Assembly: GCA_963782055.1 (NCBI GenBank)
Contig: CAWAIF010000003.1
Coordinates: forward strand, 4,448,001 to 4,512,000
From: an uncultured delta proteobacterium
Lineage (GTDB): Bacteria > Myxococcota_A > Polyangia > Polyangiales > Polyangiaceae
Length of the DNA stretch: 64,000 nt
Reading direction: 5' to 3'
Below, piece after piece: positions 51,395-62,165 of the stretch (its first letter is position 1; each line of letters begins with the position of its first letter). A model generated the notes under the pieces. That model had not been told where the DNA came from and did no database searches. It saw only the letters and a program-made list of their open reading frames with translations. Made by a program: the position numbers and the translations under genes.

Positions 51395-52078
51395 CTAGGC
51401 GCCGAATCGCTTGAGCAACACCTCGCAGGCGGCGCGATCTCCCGGCTGGCTGTTCCACACTGGCGTGGCACTCATGAGGTAGGTGAGCGGCGTACCGATC
51501 TCGCCGCGACCGACGATGTCGACTCTGGCCCCCCGCGCGAGGAGCAGCGCGGCCTTCTCGACGGACAAATGCCCGACCGCCTCGTGCAAGGGCGTTCGCC
51601 CTGCGCTCTCCTGCGCGTCGATCTCCGCGCCCCGGTCGAGGAGCAGCGCGACCACTGCCGTCCCCGTCCCGTTGAGATCGCCGGTGCCCGCGGCAGCATG
51701 ATGAAGCGCCGTCCCGCCATAGGTGTCACGAGCCAGGACATCGGCGCCTCGATCGAGCAGCAGCCGGGTCAGCTCGAGATCGAGGACCGCGGCGCGCATG
51801 AGGGGAGTCGCCTTCCTGTAGTCGCGGACCTCGATGTCCGCACCCAGCTCGACGAGTCGCGCTGCGAGCGATGGCTTCCTCTGCGCGATGGCCGTGTGCA
51901 AGAGGCAACCGCCGGCTGGGCCCGAGGTCGCTTTCGTGTAGTCGAGCATGCCGACGGCGCGAAGCTCCTCCGCGAGGCTGATGAGCGACGCCTCGTCGCC
52001 CCCCCGCAGGGCGCTGACCGCTCTTTCAATCAGCACACGCGTCGGCTTCGGGAGCTTGGAGAGTGGCTTGTCGTCCAT
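51395..52078 (-). CDS. Ankyrin repeat protein
   Basis: 'ATPLMRAA', 'GGTALHHAA', 'GRTPLHEA', 'LLDRGAD'. Confidence 0.88.
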   Translation of the reverse strand: MDDKPLSKLPKPTRVLIERAVSALRGGDEASLISLAEELRAVGMLDYTKATSGPAGGCLLHTAIAQRKPSLAARLVELGADIEVRDYRKATPLMRAAVLDLELTRLLLDRGADVLARDTYGGTALHHAAAGTGDLNGTGTAVVALLLDRGAEIDAQESAGRTPLHEAVGHLSVEKAALLLARGARVDIVGRGEIGTPLTYLMSATPVWNSQPGDRAACEVLLKRFGA

Positions 52079-52736
52079 GGGATCCTTCCCCATTTCCCGC
52101 GAGTGTACTCCCCGGCGGGTGGGTGCACGGGAGATCCCAGCGCAGGGCTGGGTGCGCTGCGTCCGCTCGACCCATCGGTCGACACGCTCGGGCTTCGACG
52201 ACCTCTTCAGCGTCCGATATGGCTCGAGGTCGGAGATACAGTTGTACTCTGCATCGAGCTGCGAGAGCTTGGTCTTCACGGGCGCGTTCGAGACCCGCGA
52301 GGATCTCATCAATCGTTCGCTGGGCCTCGGGCTGGGGATAGAGCGCCCGCCACGCCGCGCGATCCGCGGGTGCCCCCGGCGGCGAGGAAAAGTCGAGAGG
52401 GGTGATTGTCTTCTTCGCGGACATCATCAGTCCTCATCGGGATGGTCGCCTATCTTCTCGTCCCCGGTATCGTCGGCATGCGCCTCTTTCCGCCTGGCAG
52501 GACTGCCAGGCAGGATTCCTCGCCGTGAGCCACCCTGTCCGTCGCTCCGGCGGCGCCGGAGGCGACCGGCTCGCGCAGGAGGGCCTTTTTTTTGAGCGTT
52601 CGCGGCCGGCGCCGCCAGCGTTTTCCAGACGAAGCGGACCTCCTCCTTGTCGGTCGCCGCGGGCCCACGCAGGCGACGAGCAGCACCGCTGCCTACGCCG
52701 AGCACTCCGAGCCTCCTTCGCCCGAGGCTGGCCGCG

Positions 52737-53180
52737 TCACTCCGCCGGCGCGCGGTTGTGCACCACCATCACGTTGCGGTGGGCGAGGTTCGCCACCTTG
52801 GCGGCGGTGGTGCCCAGGATCCGGTCCACGCCGTGGTAGCCGTGGCTGCCCATCACGATGAGGTCGACGTCCAGCTCGGCGGCCGACTCCAGGATGGTGC
52901 GCCACGGCTGCGTGCCGCTGCGCGCCACCGGGCGCTCCACGCGCAGCTCGGCGGCGCGGGCGGCGAGGTGCCGCAGGTCCTCCAGCGCGGACGCGATGAG
53001 GTAGGTCGGGAGCGGGTCGGCCTGGCCGAGCTTGGCGGCGGGCGGGAAGTCGGGCGGCACGGCGACCACCCGCAGCAGCCAGAGCCGCGCCCCGAAGGCG
53101 CGGGCCACCTCCGCCGCCGCGTCGAAGACACCAGGCGCCCGCTCCGACGCATCCAGCGCGCACAGGATCGTGCGGATCAC
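52737..53180 (-). CDS. Universal stress protein
   Basis: 'IRTILCALDAS', 'VDLIVMGSHG...ILGTTAAKV'; GTGA overlap with the RND stop. Confidence 0.9.
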   Translation of the reverse strand: MIRTILCALDASERAPGVFDAAAEVARAFGARLWLLRVVAVPPDFPPAAKLGQADPLPTYLIASALEDLRHLAARAAELRVERPVARSGTQPWRTILESAAELDVDLIVMGSHGYHGVDRILGTTAAKVANLAHRNVMVVHNRAPAE

Positions 53181-56100
53181 GCGTGCGCCTCCGCGACGGG
53201 CCCGGCGGCGTGCTCCGGGGGTGTCTCCGGCACCGCACGCTTCGCCAGCAGCAGGAACATGACCGGGACGAGGAAGAGGGAGAGCACCAGCGAGGACGTC
53301 AGGCCGCCGACCACAGCGAGGGCCAGCGGCTGGTTGGCCTCGGTGCCCTTCTCCAGACCGGTGGCGACGGGCACCAGGCCGATGATGGTCGCGAGGCTGG
53401 TCATGAGGATGGGGATGAAGCGGATGCGGGCCGCGCCGATGACGGCCTCCACCTTCTCGTGCCACTCGCCGGAGCTCTCGGCGAAGCGCCGGTTGGCCTC
53501 GTCGACGAGGAGGATGCCGTTGGACACCGCGATGCCGACGACCATCAGCACACCCATGAGGGCGATGACCGAGAAGCCCTGCCCGGCGATCATCAGCGCC
53601 ATCACGATCCCGCAGAGCGACACCGGGATGGTGAAGAGCATGACGAGCGGGAGGCGCAGCGACTTGAACTGCGTCGCCATCAGCATGAAGACCACCATCA
53701 CCGCGAGGGCGATGGCCACGCCGATGCCGGAGAAGGTGGTGCGCATCAGCTCGACCTGACCGACGAAGTCGAAGGGGATGTCGCGCGTGGTGGGGTCGTG
53801 GTGGAGCTTCTGCTCCAGCTCGGCGGCGGCGCTGCCGACGTCGCGCCCCTCGGTCTGCATGAGCACGTGCGCGGCGCGCTGGAGCTGGTTGCGCTCGATG
53901 GCGACGGGACCGACGTTGCGGTGCACGTGGCCGTACGCACCGAGGGGCACCGCCTTGCCGTCGGCCGTGACGCGCGCCGGGACGCTCGCCAGGGCGCTGG
54001 GGTCGCTCACGCGGGAGCCGTCGTAGTAGGTGACGACGTAGTAGGCCTCGCCGTTGCTGGGGTCGACCCACGTGCTCGGGCGGTTGATGTCGCCCAGCGT
54101 GGACTCCAGCGTCGTCTGCGCGGCGCTGCGCGCGGTGATGCCCACGAGGCCCGCCTCCTCGCGGTCGGTGTTGACGTGCACCTCCGGGTAGTCGTTCTCC
54201 AGCGACACGCGCACGTCGCGGATGCCAGGGACGGTGCGCGCCACGTTGGCGACCTTCTTCGCCTGCTGCTCCAGCTCGGCGAGGTTGTTGCCGCGCAGCT
54301 CGACGACCAGCGGGGCGTAGTAGCCGTTGGCGAAGACGCTCGCGACGAGGCCGCCGGGCCACTGCAGGAAGCTGACGCCGGGGTAGTTGCGCTTGAGGAT
54401 GTCGCGCGACATGTCGGCGATCTGCTGCTGCGAGAGCGTCCGGTGGTCGGCGTCCGCCAGCGCGAGGCGGATGAAGCCCATGTGCGGCCCGTCGTTCGGG
54501 CTGTTCATCGCGCTGCGCGCGTGCTTGGGCGAGCCCACGTTGGTGAGCACCAGGTCCACGTTCCCGGGGGGCAGCTGGTCGGCGAGGGTCTTGCCCATCG
54601 CCTGGATCTCCTTCGCCGAGTCCTCGATCGACACGCCCGGCGCCAGCCGGACGTAGACGCGCTCCATGGACTCGTCGATCTCGGGGAAGAAGGTGCTGGG
54701 CAGGCGCATCGCCGCCACCATGCTGCCGCCGACGAGGGCGAGGGCGGCGAGGATGACGGTGCCACGGTGGGGCAGCACCGCGCGCAGCGCCGCGGCGTAC
54801 CCGTTGGCCAGGCGGTCGACGCCGGTCTCGAACACGCGCGCGATCCGCCCGGGCTTGTGGTGTCCAAGGAAGTAGCGGCACGCCACCGGGGTGATCGTCA
54901 TGCTCACCGCGTATCCGGCGAACATGCCGACCGCGACCGTGAGCGCCAGCGGCGCGAAGAGCTTCTTGGCGAGGCCGGCGAGCAGCAGCACCGGCAGCAG
55001 CACCGCGGTCGTGGTGAGGGTGGCGGCGAGCGCCGGCGCGGCGACCGCCCGCGTCCCGTCGAGGGCGGCGGCCCACGGCGACTTGCCCATCAGGCTGTGG
55101 CGGTGCACCGACTCGATGACCACGACGGATATGTCGACGAGCGGTCCCATCGCCAGGGTGAGCCCGCCCAGCGTGAAGGCGTTGAGCGTCTGCCCGGTGC
55201 CGTAGAGCGCGAGCAGGATGATGCCGAAGGAGATGGGGATGGCGATGGCCGAGATGAGCACCGCGCGCGGGTTCTGCAGGAACACCAGGATGACCAGGCT
55301 GATGAGCACCAGCGCCTGCAGGATCTCCCGGCGCAGCCCGGTGAAGGTGGTGCGTACGAACGTCGACTGGTCGAAGATGGGCTTGACGTGCAGGCCCGGC
55401 GGCAGGTCCCTCAGGCCCCGGATCTTGTCCTTGACCGCGTCCACGATGGCGAGGGTGTTGCCGCCCGGCACGCGCAGCACGTTGAGGTACACCGCGTTCT
55501 GGCCGTTGATGTTGACCGACTGCGTGAGCGCGCTGCCGCCGTCCACGATGCGCGCGACGTCCTTGATGAGCACCGGCTTGTCGCCGTGCTCCTTGACCAC
55601 CGCCTGCCCGATGGTGCGCACGCGCTCCGGGACGGCGTTGGTGTAGACGTTGGAGTCGAACTTGGGGGAGATGAAGACGCCGGAGGGGAGCAGGGCGTTG
55701 GAGCGCGAGACGGCCGCCGCCACGTCGCTGGAGGTGATGCCGCGCGCCTGGGCGGCCACCGGGTCGACGACCACGTTGATCTGCCGCTGCCGGCCGCCGT
55801 TGACCGAGGCGCTCGCCACGCCGGGGATGCCTTCGAGCAGCGGCTCCACGTTCTCCATGGCGAAGTCGTAGAGCTGCGGGCCGGAGAGGCCGCCACCCCA
55901 CACCGCCACCTGCACGACGGGCGCGTTGGACGGGTCGTACTGCAGCACGAAGGGCGGGAGCACGCCGAGCGTCTTCGGTACGGCGCTCATCGCGAAGGCC
56001 GTCTGCTGCTGCACCAGCGTCTGCGCGGCGTTCAGGTCGGTCCCCCACTTGAGCCACACGTAGACGATGGAGAGGTTGTTGCGCGAGATGCTCTCCACGT

Positions 56101-56329
56101 GGTCCACGCCGGGCGTGGCGCTCACGTATTTCTCGATGCGCCAGGTGAGGGTCTTCTCGACGTCCTTCGGGCCCAGGCCGGGCGCGAGGGTGCCCACCAC
56201 CAGCACCGGGGGCGTCAGGTCCGGGAAGGTGTCGACGGCCATGCGCGGCGTCACCACGCCGGCGAACACCACCAGCGCGACCGAGATCATCAGGATCGCG
56301 ATCGGGTTGCGCAGCGAGAGGGAGGTCAC
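53177..56329 (-). CDS. RND efflux permease (AcrB/CzcA superfamily)
   Basis: 1050 aa; 'GIAVSNGILLVD', 'RFIPILMTSLATIIGLVP', 'PLALAVVGGL'. Confidence 0.95.
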   Translation of the reverse strand: MTSLSLRNPIAILMISVALVVFAGVVTPRMAVDTFPDLTPPVLVVGTLAPGLGPKDVEKTLTWRIEKYVSATPGVDHVESISRNNLSIVYVWLKWGTDLNAAQTLVQQQTAFAMSAVPKTLGVLPPFVLQYDPSNAPVVQVAVWGGGLSGPQLYDFAMENVEPLLEGIPGVASASVNGGRQRQINVVVDPVAAQARGITSSDVAAAVSRSNALLPSGVFISPKFDSNVYTNAVPERVRTIGQAVVKEHGDKPVLIKDVARIVDGGSALTQSVNINGQNAVYLNVLRVPGGNTLAIVDAVKDKIRGLRDLPPGLHVKPIFDQSTFVRTTFTGLRREILQALVLISLVILVFLQNPRAVLISAIAIPISFGIILLALYGTGQTLNAFTLGGLTLAMGPLVDISVVVIESVHRHSLMGKSPWAAALDGTRAVAAPALAATLTTTAVLLPVLLLAGLAKKLFAPLALTVAVGMFAGYAVSMTITPVACRYFLGHHKPGRIARVFETGVDRLANGYAAALRAVLPHRGTVILAALALVGGSMVAAMRLPSTFFPEIDESMERVYVRLAPGVSIEDSAKEIQAMGKTLADQLPPGNVDLVLTNVGSPKHARSAMNSPNDGPHMGFIRLALADADHRTLSQQQIADMSRDILKRNYPGVSFLQWPGGLVASVFANGYYAPLVVELRGNNLAELEQQAKKVANVARTVPGIRDVRVSLENDYPEVHVNTDREEAGLVGITARSAAQTTLESTLGDINRPSTWVDPSNGEAYYVVTYYDGSRVSDPSALASVPARVTADGKAVPLGAYGHVHRNVGPVAIERNQLQRAAHVLMQTEGRDVGSAAAELEQKLHHDPTTRDIPFDFVGQVELMRTTFSGIGVAIALAVMVVFMLMATQFKSLRLPLVMLFTIPVSLCGIVMALMIAGQGFSVIALMGVLMVVGIAVSNGILLVDEANRRFAESSGEWHEKVEAVIGAARIRFIPILMTSLATIIGLVPVATGLEKGTEANQPLALAVVGGLTSSLVLSLFLVPVMFLLLAKRAVPETPPEHAAGPVAEAHA

Positions 56330-57510
56330 TTCTTCGCTCCCGCGGTCGCGTCGACCTTCTCGACCGTCGCCGCCACGCGATCCTTGTCGTTCAGCAGGTC
56401 GCGCCCCTCGATGACGACCTGGGACCCCGGCGCGAGCTTGGGGTCGACGTAGAGGACGCCGTCGCGCTCACCCTCGAGGGGTATGACGCGCTTGCGCGCC
56501 ACCCCGTCCTGCACGACGAAGACGCTGACCTTCTGGCCGCGTACCACCGCCGCGGCGAGCGGTACGGCCACCGCGGGCCTTGGCTGGCCCACGTCGATGC
56601 GCAGCTCGGCCGTGGTGCCCACCGGGATCTGCCGGTCGGGATCGGGCACGTCCAGCTCGAAGTGGACGGTGCGCGTGGCCGGGTCGGCCGCCGGCGCGCG
56701 CCGCGCGATGACGGCGGAGATGTCCTTTTCGGTGGACAGGACGTGGACGTGGACCTTCGTCCCCGGGGCGACCACGTCGAAGTCGACCTCCGGCGCGTCG
56801 CCCGTGACGCGGACGGTGCTCCGGTCGACCACCGACACGAGCGCCGTCCCCGGCCTGGCGAAGGCCCCCGGGTCCATCATCCGCTGCGAGACCTCCCCGT
56901 CGAAGGGAGCGCGCAGGATGCAGTCGTTCACCTCGAGCGAGCTCCCGAGGAGTCGCGCGCGCGTCGCGAGGAGCTGTGCCTGCTCGCTCGCGCTCTGCGC
57001 CTCCTTCTGCTCCACGTCGTTGGGCGAGACGAACCCGCCGTCGAGCAGGCCGCGCACACGCGCCGCCTCGTTCGCCACGGCTTGCTGCTGCGCCGAGACG
57101 GCGCGCGCCTGCATGGCGACGGCCTGCGCGGTGGCGCTCGCGTCGCGGCAATCGAGGGTCGCCACGACGTCACCCTTGTTCACCTTCGCGCCAGGCCGCA
57201 CGAGCACGGTGTCGACGTAGGCGCTCACCAGCTGGGGTCCCACCTTCGCCTCGACCCACGGCTCGATGGTGCCGACGTACTCGCGCTGGTCGCGGAAGGG
57301 GGTGCCCTTCACCGCGATCACCGCGACCGGCTTGGCCGAGGAGGACAGCGCGACCTTGTTGGTCTTCGCCTCGGCGCGCATGACCATCCACCCGCCGCTC
57401 CCGAGCAGGATGGCGACCCCCGCGGCGATCCCCACGGGGATCCACGGGCGCCGCCGCGGCATGGGCGGGGCGCGGTGATGGGGTGGGTTGTGGGGTACGT
57501 GCTCGCTCAT
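56326..57510 (-). CDS. RND membrane fusion protein
   Basis: N-terminal TM, 'LRAPFDGEV', 'ADPATRT'. Confidence 0.92.
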   Translation of the reverse strand: MSEHVPHNPPHHRAPPMPRRRPWIPVGIAAGVAILLGSGGWMVMRAEAKTNKVALSSSAKPVAVIAVKGTPFRDQREYVGTIEPWVEAKVGPQLVSAYVDTVLVRPGAKVNKGDVVATLDCRDASATAQAVAMQARAVSAQQQAVANEAARVRGLLDGGFVSPNDVEQKEAQSASEQAQLLATRARLLGSSLEVNDCILRAPFDGEVSQRMMDPGAFARPGTALVSVVDRSTVRVTGDAPEVDFDVVAPGTKVHVHVLSTEKDISAVIARRAPAADPATRTVHFELDVPDPDRQIPVGTTAELRIDVGQPRPAVAVPLAAAVVRGQKVSVFVVQDGVARKRVIPLEGERDGVLYVDPKLAPGSQVVIEGRDLLNDKDRVAATVEKVDATAGAKK

Positions 57511-58898
57511 TGCAATCCCTCGGCGATGGCGCGCGCGAACGCGGCGCGCGCGCGCGCGACGTCGAACTGTCCCATCGCGTATTGAATGTCCGCGTCGGTG
57601 CGCAGGGCCTCTGCGTCGGCGAGCTCGGTGCTCGTGCCGAGCCCCGCCTTGAAGCGCGCGTCCGCCTGCGCGTAGTTCGCGCGGGCGGCGTCGACGGCGC
57701 GCCGCAGGCCGGGCAGCGCCGCGCGCGAGACCTGCACCGTGACGTACGCCTGGCGCACGGCGGTGGTCTCGCGCTGGCGCTGCACGCTCACCTCGGCGCG
57801 GCGCGCGTCCTCCATGGCGCGCGAGGCCCGGACGCGCGCGTCGATCGTGCCGTCGAAGAGCGGCCAGGTGAAGATCACCGCGGCGTCCCAGTTGGGCACG
57901 TTGGGCACCCACCCGTCGTCGGTGGCCGGGGCGCCGTTGCCGGAGGGCGGGGCGCCGCCGGCGCGCCCGGAGAAGGTCGCCGTCGCCGACAGGTCGGGCC
58001 GCCGCAGGGCGCCGATGGCGCGGGTCTCGGCCTCCTGCGCGCGCACCGCGGCGAGGGCGCGCAAGAGGAGCGGGTCGCGCGAGGAGGCCTCGCGGATCGC
58101 CGCTTCGAGCGTGGGGATGTCGGGCGGCGCGGTAGGCGCCCCCGCGGCGTCCAGCGCGGCCTCGTCGCTGCCGACCGCGGCGGCGAGGAGCGTCTGCGCC
58201 GTCTGAAGGGCGCCGCCGGCGCGCACACGGCCGATGTCGAAGCGCGCCAGGTCCGCCTCGGCCCGCGTGAGCTCGATGGGCGGCCGAAGCCCGGACGCGA
58301 CGCCCGCCTTGGCCAGGTCGCGGTGCACGCGCGCGCGCTCGTACGCGTCGCCGGCCGCCTTCACGATCGACTTCGCCGCGAGCACCGCGAAGTACGCCTC
58401 CTCCACCTGGAAGGTCACGTCCAGATCGGCCGCGCGCCCGCTCTGCTTCTCCACCTCGACGAGCGCGTCGGCCGCGGCCGACTGCGCGGCGATGCGACCG
58501 AAGTCGAAGAGCTCCTGCGTGACGCCCACCGCAGCGACGGTCGAGGCGTACGGCTGGAAGCTGCCGCCGTCCGTCACGCGCGAGCCGCCGACGCGCGGCA
58601 GGTCGAGCACGCCCACGCCGAGGTAGCTGGCCGTGGTGTTGTTGGACGTCGCGGCGAACAGCTCCGCGCCGATGCCCACGGTGGGGAGCCACTGCGCGCG
58701 CGGCACCCTCGCCTCGGCCATCCGCTCCGCCACGCGCCGCTCGGCGGCCTGCACGGCCGGCTGGTGCGCGCGGGCGTAGGCGATCGCGTCGGGCAGGGAG
58801 ATGGCGCGGGGCCTGGGGGGCTCGGCGGCGCGGGCGGCGCGCGGAAGCCACGACAGGGCCAAGCTCAACAAGAACACGGGGATCCGCCGGAGCGACAT
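57507..58898 (-). CDS. TolC-family outer membrane factor
   Basis: Signal peptide; 'QELFDFGR', 'WPLFDG', 'RFKAGLGTSTELADAE'. Confidence 0.92.
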   Translation of the reverse strand: MSLRRIPVFLLSLALSWLPRAARAAEPPRPRAISLPDAIAYARAHQPAVQAAERRVAERMAEARVPRAQWLPTVGIGAELFAATSNNTTASYLGVGVLDLPRVGGSRVTDGGSFQPYASTVAAVGVTQELFDFGRIAAQSAAADALVEVEKQSGRAADLDVTFQVEEAYFAVLAAKSIVKAAGDAYERARVHRDLAKAGVASGLRPPIELTRAEADLARFDIGRVRAGGALQTAQTLLAAAVGSDEAALDAAGAPTAPPDIPTLEAAIREASSRDPLLLRALAAVRAQEAETRAIGALRRPDLSATATFSGRAGGAPPSGNGAPATDDGWVPNVPNWDAAVIFTWPLFDGTIDARVRASRAMEDARRAEVSVQRQRETTAVRQAYVTVQVSRAALPGLRRAVDAARANYAQADARFKAGLGTSTELADAEALRTDADIQYAMGQFDVARARAAFARAIAEGLQ

Positions 58899-58922
58899 CA
58901 CGGGCATCGACGCAGGGCCCCA

Positions 58923-58938
58923 AGCAGAATCCGCACCA
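58923..58938 (-). promoter_or_regulatory. sigma54 (-24/-12) promoter candidate for the efflux operon
   Basis: Minus strand TGGTGCGGATTCTGCT (GG-N10-GC). Confidence 0.5.
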
Positions 58939-59199
58939 GCGGCGCGCCGCCGACGTGGACGCGACGCGCGGGTGGCCACGGCGCGGAGAAACTCCCGGCC
59001 AGAGCGGGAAAAATTCCCGCAGCGCGCCGCGGGCTTTTCACGAGCCCCGCGACGCTCTGCGGCCGCGCGCGAGAGCCCCGCGCGAAGCTTGGACTTGCAG
59101 AAAACGCGGCGTGACGTAGAAGCCCGTCAGTGCCAACGAGGCCCGACGCAGACATGGGGCACGCTGCCTGGGATCCCGCAAGCGTGCGGGACCTGGTGG

Positions 59200-59215
59200 T
59201 GGCTCGCGCCTTGCT
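59200..59215 (+). promoter_or_regulatory. sigma54 promoter candidate for the HK/RR pair
   Basis: TGGCTCGCGCCTTGCT versus consensus TGGCAC-N5-TTGCW. Confidence 0.55.
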
Positions 59216-59299
59216 CGCTTGGACACCCCGATGGTCGTCCGTCGCTCGCTCCCGCCTGCCCCCGCGCCTGGCGGGCGGCCTCCCGTACGGCGGCCCGGC

Positions 59300-60740
59300 A
59301 TGAAGTCGTCCACCATCGTCGTGTGGGTGGTGGTGGCGATCGCCGCGCTCGGCGGGCTGGAGTACTGGGACGAGCAGCGCGAGGCGGGGATGGCGCTCGA
59401 CGACTTCGCCGCCGAGCAGGCCACCGTGGCGCACGGCGCGGCCGCCGCGCTGCAGGCGTGCATCGACTCCGGGCCGGTGCCGGGTGCCGAACCGAGCCCG
59501 GAGCTGCTCGCGCCGCTCGAGGCGGTGGAGGACAAGGGGAGCGTGCAGGTGCTCGTGCGGCGGCCGGGCACCGACGTCCTGCAGACGACGTCGGGGGCCA
59601 CCGTCCGCGCGCCGGACATCGTCGCGGCGCTCTCCCGCGCGAAGTCCCCGTCGTGGGTCCAGATCACACGCGCCGACGCGGCGGCCCTCGGCCTCCCCGC
59701 GCGCACCGCGATGGCCGGGCTCGCCCGGGCGAGGCCGCGGGCGGGCGGGACGTGGGGTGTTGCCATCATCGCCACCGCCGAGCGGCAGCGCGACCGCGAG
59801 CTGCGCGCGCAGTGGCGCCTGGGGCTCGGCTTCTTCCTCTCCTCCGGGCTGGTGCTCGCCTTCGGCACCCTCGCGCTGCGCAAGCAGCGCAAGGAGCTGG
59901 AGCTCGCGCACCGGCTGGAGCTCGCCCTCGCGGTGCAGGCGCGCGACGAGGAGCTCGTGCGCGCCGACAAGCTCGCCTCCCTCGGCGCGCTCGCCACCGG
60001 CATCGCGCACGAGGTCTCCACGCCGCTCGGGGTCATCGTCGGGCGCGCCGAGCAGCTCGCGCCGAAGGTGGCCGGCGACGAGAAGGCGCGCCGCGCGGTG
60101 GACGCCATCGCCGAACAGGCCGAGCGCATCGGCAGGGTCATCCGCGGCTTCCTCGGCCTGGTGCGCAGCGGGACGCCCACCCTCGAGCACGTGCCGCCGT
60201 CGCTCGTCGTGCGGGAGGCGGTCGACCTGGTGGAGCACCGCTTCCGGCGCGCCGAGGTGACGCTCTCCGCCGAGGTGCCGCAGGACCTGCCGCTCGTGGC
60301 GTGCGACGCCCGGCTCTTCGAGCAGGTGCTCGTCAACCTGCTGCTCAACGCGTGCGACGCGTGCGAGGCGGGCGGGCGCGTGGACGTCACCGTGCGCGGC
60401 GACGGCGAGCGGGTGGGCTTCGTGGTGGTCAACGACGGCGTCGGCATCAGCGCCGCGGCGGTGGCGCACGCGGGCGAGCCCTTCTTCACCACCAAGCCGC
60501 CCGGACGCGGCACCGGTCTCGGCCTCGCCATCGCGACCGAGATCGTCAAGCTGCACCACGGCACGCTGACGGTCAGCCCTCGCACCGGCGAGGGGACGCG
60601 CGGCACGCGGGCGTGCGTCGAGATGCCGGCCCTCTTCGACCCGGTCGCCAGGCGCAGGGCGTCGAGCCGCCCGCCTCCCGCCGACGGGAGCTCGGCGCCG
60701 CCCCCGTCGCTGCCCCAGGCCCCCGGCCGCACGGTGACGC

Positions 60741-60748
<8 letters not shown>
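59300..60748 (+). CDS. Sensor histidine kinase
   Basis: Two TMs; H-box 'GIAHEVSTPL', 'NLLLNACDA', 'PFFTTK', 'GTGLGL'. Confidence 0.93.
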
Positions 60749-62105
<1,357 letters not shown>

Positions 62106-62119
62106 GCGGGACGCGCCTG

Positions 62120-62149
62120 CCTGGTCCGTCGCTCCAGTGGGACCGGGCG
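62120..62149 (+). repeat. dif-like element copy 12 (decayed L flank)
   Basis: cctggtccgtcgctccagtgggaccgggcg between two convergent stop codons. Confidence 0.7.
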
Positions 62150-62165
62150 CGAGGTCTGGTCCAGG

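Noticed and set aside
53183..56452. Long antisense and alternate-frame ORFs (also 44399..47203, 47461..50154, 25837..28065 and others)
   Set aside because: Shadows of real genes caused by high-GC codon bias; low-information translations without motifs.
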